Translations under genes and position numbers: made by a program
Assembly: GCA_036677065.1 (NCBI GenBank)
Contig: JAKFBS010000001.1
Span: 352,001-416,000 of the forward strand
Origin: Bdellovibrio sp.
GTDB lineage: Bacteria > Bdellovibrionota > Bdellovibrionia > Bdellovibrionales > Bdellovibrionaceae
Direction of reading: 5' to 3'
DNA: 64,000 nucleotides
Shown: positions 57,995 through 64,000 of the stretch, one piece after another
Layout: every line of letters starts with the position of its first letter
Position numbering within the stretch: the first letter of the stretch is position 1
Notes under the pieces: model-generated
The model's database searches: none
What the model was told of the DNA's origin: nothing
Seen by the model: only the letters and a program-made list of their open reading frames with translations

Positions 57995-59179
57995 GTGAAA
58001 CTTTTTTTTCTGGTCATGATAATTTCTATTTCTGTTTCTGCGGCAGAAACAAAAACTGCAGATGCTCACTCTATTGAAGATATCGAACAGCGAATTATCG
58101 AATTAGAACAACGTCAAAAAGATATGAACATCTGGTACGAAAATTTTTATCTGTTAGGAAAAGGAAGAGTAGCACCATTTTTAGGAGAGAGCCTGTCGAT
58201 TGGTGGTTTTTTTGAAACCGCGGTGACTCATCTTTACGGCTCAGATATGGAAACGCAAACTTCAGGAAATATTCACACTTTAGGTTTAAATTTAGCTGCG
58301 CAGTTTAATGAAAAAACTAAATTTGTGACTCAGACTGTGACTCGATTAGTAATTCCGCTCAGAAATTTAAATAACAATCCTACTTTAACTCCACCACAAC
58401 GTGGCTTTGTGGGTTATAACTTTTTTTCAATCGTAGCTCAGGGTTATCTTGAATATCGAATCTCAGATTTTTTTATTGTGCAGTCTGGTCTTGGTTATAC
58501 GCCCTTCGGAATCGCTTCGCAGCAACGCGAACCGCAGTTGTTTCGCCTGCGGGGCGGTTCACAAATCATTGCCTATGACGACGGAGACACCATAGGAATT
58601 TTATCTCCGCTATGGACAGGTTTGCATTTTTACGGAGTCTTACCCGTGAATCGTAATCTTGGTTATGATCTGTATACATTTACCCCGGTCACTAAAGTTT
58701 CAACCTTGGGAGTCGGTGGCAGGCTTTGGTATAAAGCAAGCGAGAATGTGACTATCGGAACCTCAGTACAGTCAGGTGAACAGGCTAAAGGACATTTTTT
58801 TTCACACGGATTTGATCTAGATTTAAAATACAACGAGTATGGTTTTGTATCTGAATATGGACATGCCACTAATTATGGTCATGTGCTCGATGCAGAATTT
58901 TATTATTTTGAACCCTACGTAAAATTTGCTGAAGACAGATGGCTATTTTTTTTAAACGCTGAATATATTGATACACTTGAGCGCACCGATGTGATTACGC
59001 ACCTTCCAGATCCGGTTAAAAAATGGCAATACGGTGGGGGATTTAATTGGCTGCCGATACCGAATGCGCGTTTGCGTTTAACTTATTTGTATCACGATTA
59101 TATTGATGAAACTGATACGATCAGTGGGCAAGAGCGTGATTACAACGTCATTGATTTTTCAACGGCAGTAGCCTTTTAG
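57995..59179 (+). CDS. Outer-membrane porin-like beta-barrel, paralogue 1
   Basis: Signal peptide, N-terminal coiled coil, amphipathic strands, G..PFG motif, C-terminal Phe (STAVAF). Confidence 0.8.
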   Translation: MKLFFLVMIISISVSAAETKTADAHSIEDIEQRIIELEQRQKDMNIWYENFYLLGKGRVAPFLGESLSIGGFFETAVTHLYGSDMETQTSGNIHTLGLNLAAQFNEKTKFVTQTVTRLVIPLRNLNNNPTLTPPQRGFVGYNFFSIVAQGYLEYRISDFFIVQSGLGYTPFGIASQQREPQLFRLRGGSQIIAYDDGDTIGILSPLWTGLHFYGVLPVNRNLGYDLYTFTPVTKVSTLGVGGRLWYKASENVTIGTSVQSGEQAKGHFFSHGFDLDLKYNEYGFVSEYGHATNYGHVLDAEFYYFEPYVKFAEDRWLFFLNAEYIDTLERTDVITHLPDPVKKWQYGGGFNWLPIPNARLRLTYLYHDYIDETDTISGQERDYNVIDFSTAVAF

Positions 59180-59186
59180 GTATAAG

Positions 59187-60368
59187 ATGCGGTTGATAAT
59201 TGCTGTAACTATTTTTTCTTTAACTTTTATCGCACAAGCTAGCTTGGCTTCAGAAAAAATTGCTGAACTTCAACAGCGTTTGCACGACCTCGAAATGCAG
59301 CAAAAAGAAATAGAAGACTGGTACACTAATTTTTATCTTTTAGGCAAAGACCGTGTGGGTTCATTCCTGGATAATAAAATTTTTTTGGGTGGATATTTTG
59401 AAACTAGTATTTCTAATATTAGTGGCCCAGATATGCAAACCCAAACATCTTCAAATAACCAGGCCTTAGGCATTAGTGTTACGGCCGAACTGAATGAAAA
59501 CATTCGATTAGTTACCCAGACGTTAACAGCCGGTGGAATTCCCTTGCGCAACCAACATAACAATCCAAACTTGACGCCATCACACCGTGAGTATTCAGGT
59601 TATGTTTTTGGTTCTCTTCTGGCTCAGGGGTATTTAGAATACAGGCCAGGCAATTTTTTTAATTTACAAGCGGGATTAGGCTACATTCCCTTTGGAATAG
59701 CTTATCAACAGCGCGAACCAGTTTTATTTAAGAAGCGTGGTGGACCGCAAATGCTGCTCAATGATGATGGAACTGGCGTTGGTATCTCTTCAGCGCTTTG
59801 GATGGGATTGCATATTTATGGATTTCTTCCGTTTGAAAAAAAAAGCATGGGCTACAATCTGTATACAGTTCCTCCGGCCAGTAAAGTTAATATGATTGGA
59901 GCGGGCGGCAGACTTTGGTGGGCCGTGAGCGAAAATTTAAAAACAGGCGTCTCTTTTCAATATGGAGAAAAAGTTCAGAGCAGTTATTTGAGTCAAGGTG
60001 TAGACATCGATTTTAAACATAGCAACTATGGATTTTTAAGTGAATATGCGGTCGTTGATTATTCGGGAAATGATTTAAGCGCAAAGAGTTATTATTTTGA
60101 ACCCTACTACAAACTTTTCGAAGGCCGCTGGGTTGTCTTTGTAAATATAGAATATATAAAATTACCTACTCGCGTTGATGCAGCTACACAAACGCCTGAG
60201 CCTATCGAAAAACGGTTTTATGGGGCCGGAGTTAATTGGCTGCCACTGCCTACAACTCGGCTTCGGTTGAATTATTTAAAACACGATTACATTAAAGAAA
60301 CTGATAGTATCGACGGGCAAAAACGTGACTATGCCCAAGTCGAACTTTCAATGGCCGTAGCCTTTTAG
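59187..60368 (+). CDS. Outer-membrane porin-like beta-barrel, paralogue 2
   Basis: Colinear with 57995-59179 (NFYLLGK.RV, NNP.LTP, AQGYLEYR, YYFEPY, NWLP.P..RLRL.YL.HDYI.E.D.I.GQ.RDY, AVAF). Confidence 0.8.
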   Translation: MRLIIAVTIFSLTFIAQASLASEKIAELQQRLHDLEMQQKEIEDWYTNFYLLGKDRVGSFLDNKIFLGGYFETSISNISGPDMQTQTSSNNQALGISVTAELNENIRLVTQTLTAGGIPLRNQHNNPNLTPSHREYSGYVFGSLLAQGYLEYRPGNFFNLQAGLGYIPFGIAYQQREPVLFKKRGGPQMLLNDDGTGVGISSALWMGLHIYGFLPFEKKSMGYNLYTVPPASKVNMIGAGGRLWWAVSENLKTGVSFQYGEKVQSSYLSQGVDIDFKHSNYGFLSEYAVVDYSGNDLSAKSYYFEPYYKLFEGRWVVFVNIEYIKLPTRVDAATQTPEPIEKRFYGAGVNWLPLPTTRLRLNYLKHDYIKETDSIDGQKRDYAQVELSMAVAF

Positions 60369-60376
60369 GAAAAAAA

Positions 60377-60817
60377 ATGACTCTGCGAAACTGCATAATC
60401 ATTATTACGATCATGTTAGCTTTACAAATAGCATTGGCACAGTCTGATGATATCGTGTTTATTGTTAACGCTGAAAATCCTGCTGAAAAATTAACTGTTG
60501 CAGAAATTCGCGATTTTTATTTTAAACGTAAACGCCGGTGGAACAGCGGCGAAAGTATTCGCTTTATGGATAGAACTAATGGGCCGCTGCGCGAAAAATT
60601 TTTAAAAAAATACATTAATAAAACAACTTCTGATGTTGAGCTTTTCTGGATCGGCCAAAAACTTTATTCGGGAGACAGCGCGCCTTTAAAAGAGGCCTCT
60701 GATTCTACGACAATGCGTTTTGTTGGCTCGCTTAAAGGAGCGATCGGCTATGTCTCAGAAGCTACAGTTTTACGTAAAAATGTAAAAGTGATTAAAGTAG
60801 AAAGTGTAGAGGAATAG
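60377..60817 (+). CDS. Small periplasmic PstS-like (single-lobe PBP) protein
   Basis: Signal peptide; IVN..NP...LT..EI..F.....W..G and V....GAIGYV motifs; only 146 aa. Confidence 0.75.
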   Translation: MTLRNCIIIITIMLALQIALAQSDDIVFIVNAENPAEKLTVAEIRDFYFKRKRRWNSGESIRFMDRTNGPLREKFLKKYINKTTSDVELFWIGQKLYSGDSAPLKEASDSTTMRFVGSLKGAIGYVSEATVLRKNVKVIKVESVEE

Positions 60818-60829
60818 TTTATCAATACG

Positions 60830-62641
60830 TTGAAGCAGACCAAATCTATTACTAGAAGTTTAACGATAACCATTGCGGTTATTTCATTATTACTTTTATT
60901 AGAAGTCATCGGTATTGGTCTTGCCAGTCGTAATACTTTAGAGGGTTTGACCGATTTACACCGAATGATTCAGGTGATTAATCAGGTGCGTAATTTACGT
61001 CAGGTTGTTGCTACCCGCACTCAATTTTTAAAAGATTTTGCGCGTGACAATAAAGCAAGTGCCGAAGAAGCTGTTATTTTAGATAATATTGAAAAACAAG
61101 CCGATGATTTATTCGTCGTTTGTTTGCAATTAAGTACCGCACATAAAGAAGTTAACAGCTTAATTGCCGAAGCTCAAAAGGGCTTATTAGAAGAGCGTGC
61201 TCTTTCGCGTAAAATGCTGTCTGATCCTAACAGCATTTTTGAATCAACCGTTATTGATCAAATTATTCTTGAAGTGCAAGATTCTTTGGGAAAAGTTCAG
61301 CTCGTCCTATCAAAAGATTCTGATGCGTTGTTTGAGCGAATTTTTAATTCTCGCTTTATTCCTTTGATCGTTGCGGTTGTTCTGGCTTTAATTTTTTTAG
61401 TTTTTGCTCTGTTTATGGGGTATCGATTAAAACGACAAATAGATTTGCCGATTAAAAATCTAATTCAAAGTACAAAACAACTGGCCGAAGGAAATCTTCG
61501 CGCCCGCGCTACTATTTATGATGTGGATGAAATCGGATTATTAGCTCATGCCTTTAATGCGATGGCCGGAACTCTTGAGCAAAGCACGGTGTCACGCGGC
61601 TATATCGAAAGTATTTTAGAATCAATGTTCAACTGTATATTAGTGTTAGATAACAAAGGCACAATTTTGACCGTAAATCGCTTAACAGTGCAAACGTTCG
61701 GCTATTCAAAAACAGAATTAATTGGCTTATCAATGAAAGCAATTTTGCATGAGGATGTTGAATTACTAGATCCTAATTCAAATATAGAAACTGATGCCTA
61801 CACTCGCTCGGGGCGAAAATTTCCCGTTTTAGTTTCGGTGGCTGATTTAGACGAGCAGGCAAAGATGCCTTCGAATTTAAGAGTTTGTGTCATTCAGGAT
61901 ATTTCTGAAAGTAAAAGATTAGAAAGCGAAATTAAAGAACGTAACTTAGCTTTAAGCGCTGCAAATCAAGAACTCGAGGCCTTTAGTTATTCGGTATCTC
62001 ATGATTTACGCGCTCCACTTCGAATTATCGACGGGTTTAGCCAAGCATTAGTTGAAGATGCAGGTGATCAGCTACAAGGTGAAGCTAAAGTTCATTTAGA
62101 ACGTATTCGTGCGGGTGTGCAGCGAATGGGACAGCTTATCGACGCCGTTCTAAATTTATCGCGTCTAACCAGAGCCGCAATGACTATCGTTGATTTAGAT
62201 TTAACTTCGATGGCAAAAACCATTATCGCAGAACTGCGTGGTCTTGAGCCAAATCGTAAAGCCGAAGTTATCATTCAAGAAGGAATGCACGCAAATGGCG
62301 ATTTAGTGCTGATGAAAGTGACCTTAGAAAATTTAATCGGTAATGCTTGGAAGTACACTTCTAAAAAAGAAGTCGCGCAAATAGAATTCGGCCAAACAAT
62401 GCAAGATGGTCTTGAAGTTTTTTATGTCAAAGATAATGGGGCGGGCTTTGACATGAATTACGCGAAAAAATTATTTACGCCATTTCAGCGTTTACACACA
62501 CAAAGTGAGTTTTCAGGCACAGGTATTGGTTTAGCCAGCGTAAAAAGAATTATTCATCGTCATGCGGGAACTATCTGGGTAGAAAGTGTAGTTGGTGAAG
62601 GTACAACATTTTATTTTACATTGGCGGCGGCGCCAACCTAG
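60830..62641 (+). CDS. Membrane sensor histidine kinase (TM-periplasmic-TM-HAMP-PAS-HisKA-HATPase)
   Basis: HAMP DEIG.LA.AFN.M; PAS; FSYSVSHDLRAPLR; NLIGNAWKY, DNGAGFDM, F.RLH, GTGIGL. Confidence 0.95.
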   Translation: MKQTKSITRSLTITIAVISLLLLLEVIGIGLASRNTLEGLTDLHRMIQVINQVRNLRQVVATRTQFLKDFARDNKASAEEAVILDNIEKQADDLFVVCLQLSTAHKEVNSLIAEAQKGLLEERALSRKMLSDPNSIFESTVIDQIILEVQDSLGKVQLVLSKDSDALFERIFNSRFIPLIVAVVLALIFLVFALFMGYRLKRQIDLPIKNLIQSTKQLAEGNLRARATIYDVDEIGLLAHAFNAMAGTLEQSTVSRGYIESILESMFNCILVLDNKGTILTVNRLTVQTFGYSKTELIGLSMKAILHEDVELLDPNSNIETDAYTRSGRKFPVLVSVADLDEQAKMPSNLRVCVIQDISESKRLESEIKERNLALSAANQELEAFSYSVSHDLRAPLRIIDGFSQALVEDAGDQLQGEAKVHLERIRAGVQRMGQLIDAVLNLSRLTRAAMTIVDLDLTSMAKTIIAELRGLEPNRKAEVIIQEGMHANGDLVLMKVTLENLIGNAWKYTSKKEVAQIEFGQTMQDGLEVFYVKDNGAGFDMNYAKKLFTPFQRLHTQSEFSGTGIGLASVKRIIHRHAGTIWVESVVGEGTTFYFTLAAAPT

Positions 62642-64000
62642 ATTCAGGGTTTGTTAGGTTACCATTACGATATTTTGCTAAACAATCAACGAGTTCACGC
62701 TTTTTGATGGGCTTTGATAGAAAATCTGTAAAACCCATTTTTAAACAGCGTTCGCGTTCATCTTCGAAAGCATGTGCAGTAAAGGCTACGATCGGCTTTT
62801 TATAACCGTGTTGACGTAAAGTCGAAGTGGCTGTGTATCCATCCATGATCGGCATTTGGATATCCATAATAACTAAATCATGTTCGCCCTCTTCGGCTTT
62901 TTTCATGCCTTCTTCGCCATCAGCCGCTAAATCAACTTTTACGCCTTCCATTTCTAGAAAATTTTGCACAAGCAATTGGTTATCCAGCGAATCTTCGACC
63001 AGTAAAACTTTAAAATTATTCATGTTTGGTTTTGCTGCAGCAGATTTTTGCGCAGCTAAATCGACAACGTCGACAGGCTCAGAGAGTAGGTTGGCAAAAC
63101 TTGTAATCATTGGTGAGGTAGAGATATCACCAGTTTTAATTTTTGCAACGAATGTGCTGCCTTGGCCTGGTGTGCTGGATTGTAAGACCACATCACCGCC
63201 TAAAGCCTGGGCTAATTGTTTGGCCAAAGTTAACCCCAGGCCGGTGCCGCCAAATCTGCGGGTCATTGAACTATCTACCTGAGTAAAGGGTTCAAAGAGA
63301 TGTTTTATTTCATCTGACGACATGCCAATTCCGGTATCAATGACACTGAAATGTAATACGGGTTCAGAATTTTCTTCTGCTAGTTTTACAATTAATTCGA
63401 CTGTGCCTTGGTTGGTAAATTTGATCGCATTACCTAATAAATTAAGCAGGATATGCTGAAGCTTCGATGGATCTGAATGGATTTTTTCTGGTATCTGATC
63501 TTCGGTCTCAAAATGCAAAGTCAGATTTTTTTCATTAGCGAGCGGCGATAAAATTGATTTCACTTGAGCAATGACATTAGGTACCGAAAATTTTGCAATT
63601 TTTAATTGTAATTTACCGGCTTCAATTTTTGATAAATCTAAAATTTCATCAATGACTTTTTTAAGGTGTTCACTATTACGGGTAATTTTTTTTAGCCACA
63701 GAATACGTTCTTTTTCATCTTTATAATCAGTTTGCAATAGTTCAGATAAGCCCATAATGGCATTTAATGGCGTGCGAATTTCATGGCTCATATTAGCTAA
63801 AAATTGTGATTTGGCGTTGCTGGCATACTCTGCATCGCGCTTGGCATTTTTAAGGTCTTCTTCGTACATTTTACTTTCGCTGATATCGGTCATAAGACAA
63901 ACATAACCACGTACTATGCCGTTTTCAAATTCCGGACTCACGGCTACATTAACAAATTGGGGCGAAGTTGCTCCCAGCAAAACACTTTCAAAAGTAACTT
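62616..64000 (-). CDS. Hybrid histidine kinase (PAS-HisKA-HATPase-REC), 5' end outside window
   Basis: FLANMSHEIRTPLN, NAIKFT, DTGIG, GGTGLGL, REC MDIQMP; frame is open to the window edge. Confidence 0.95.
   Translation of the reverse strand, partial: VTFESVLLGATSPQFVNVAVSPEFENGIVRGYVCLMTDISESKMYEEDLKNAKRDAEYASNAKSQFLANMSHEIRTPLNAIMGLSELLQTDYKDEKERILWLKKITRNSEHLKKVIDEILDLSKIEAGKLQLKIAKFSVPNVIAQVKSILSPLANEKNLTLHFETEDQIPEKIHSDPSKLQHILLNLLGNAIKFTNQGTVELIVKLAEENSEPVLHFSVIDTGIGMSSDEIKHLFEPFTQVDSSMTRRFGGTGLGLTLAKQLAQALGGDVVLQSSTPGQGSTFVAKIKTGDISTSPMITSFANLLSEPVDVVDLAAQKSAAAKPNMNNFKVLLVEDSLDNQLLVQNFLEMEGVKVDLAADGEEGMKKAEEGEHDLVIMDIQMPIMDGYTATSTLRQHGYKKPIVAFTAHAFEDERERCLKMGFTDFLSKPIKKRELVDCLAKYRNGNLTNPESRLAPPPM

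Noticed and set aside
60377..60817. Annotation as pstS of a phosphate ABC transporter
   Set aside because: Too short and no pstCAB/phoU in the window; treated as part of the signalling module instead.
208..63282. Many short alternative-frame and antisense ORFs in the track (e.g. 208-465, 6968-7426, 21660-22010, 47871-48347, 62827-63282)
   Set aside because: They lie within well-supported genes and have no motifs or SD; shadow ORFs.
1..64000. CRISPR arrays, rRNA/tRNA genes, IS elements, integrases, prophage
   Set aside because: No regularly spaced repeats or recognisable RNA genes; intergenic gaps are short; no transposase, recombinase or phage motifs in any ORF.

Overview
A gene-dense, AT-rich bacterial chromosome segment with about 70 CDS. 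I saw no rRNA, tRNA, CRISPR array, integrase or transposase. The gene style suggests a Bdellovibrionaceae-like predatory bacterium (inference): Cys-rich secreted hypotheticals, an 'FQN' signal motif, an atypical SLT-type lytic transglycosylase, and TolC+RND without an adaptor. Most of the window is accessory stress, detox and envelope genes (SRPBCC, pirins, DUF1428, DoxX, MFS/RND/ABC exporters, PAP2 phosphatases) plus radD, hflX, a DEAD-box helicase and an ftsH. The strongest candidate for an undescribed system is a sigma54-type operon at 57.4-62.6 kb: single-domain receiver, two paralogous porins, a half-size PstS-like periplasmic protein and a HAMP-PAS histidine kinase, which looks like a trans-envelope sensing module. 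Other highlights: a PAP2/DUF3943/beta-barrel cluster whose members share a C-terminal beta-signal-like tail, a secreted copper-amine-oxidase-like protein with an altered cofactor motif, many -24/-12 promoter motifs, an unannotated 41-aa membrane ORF and an orphan LysR-type operator. All family calls come from motif recognition by eye, not from database searches.
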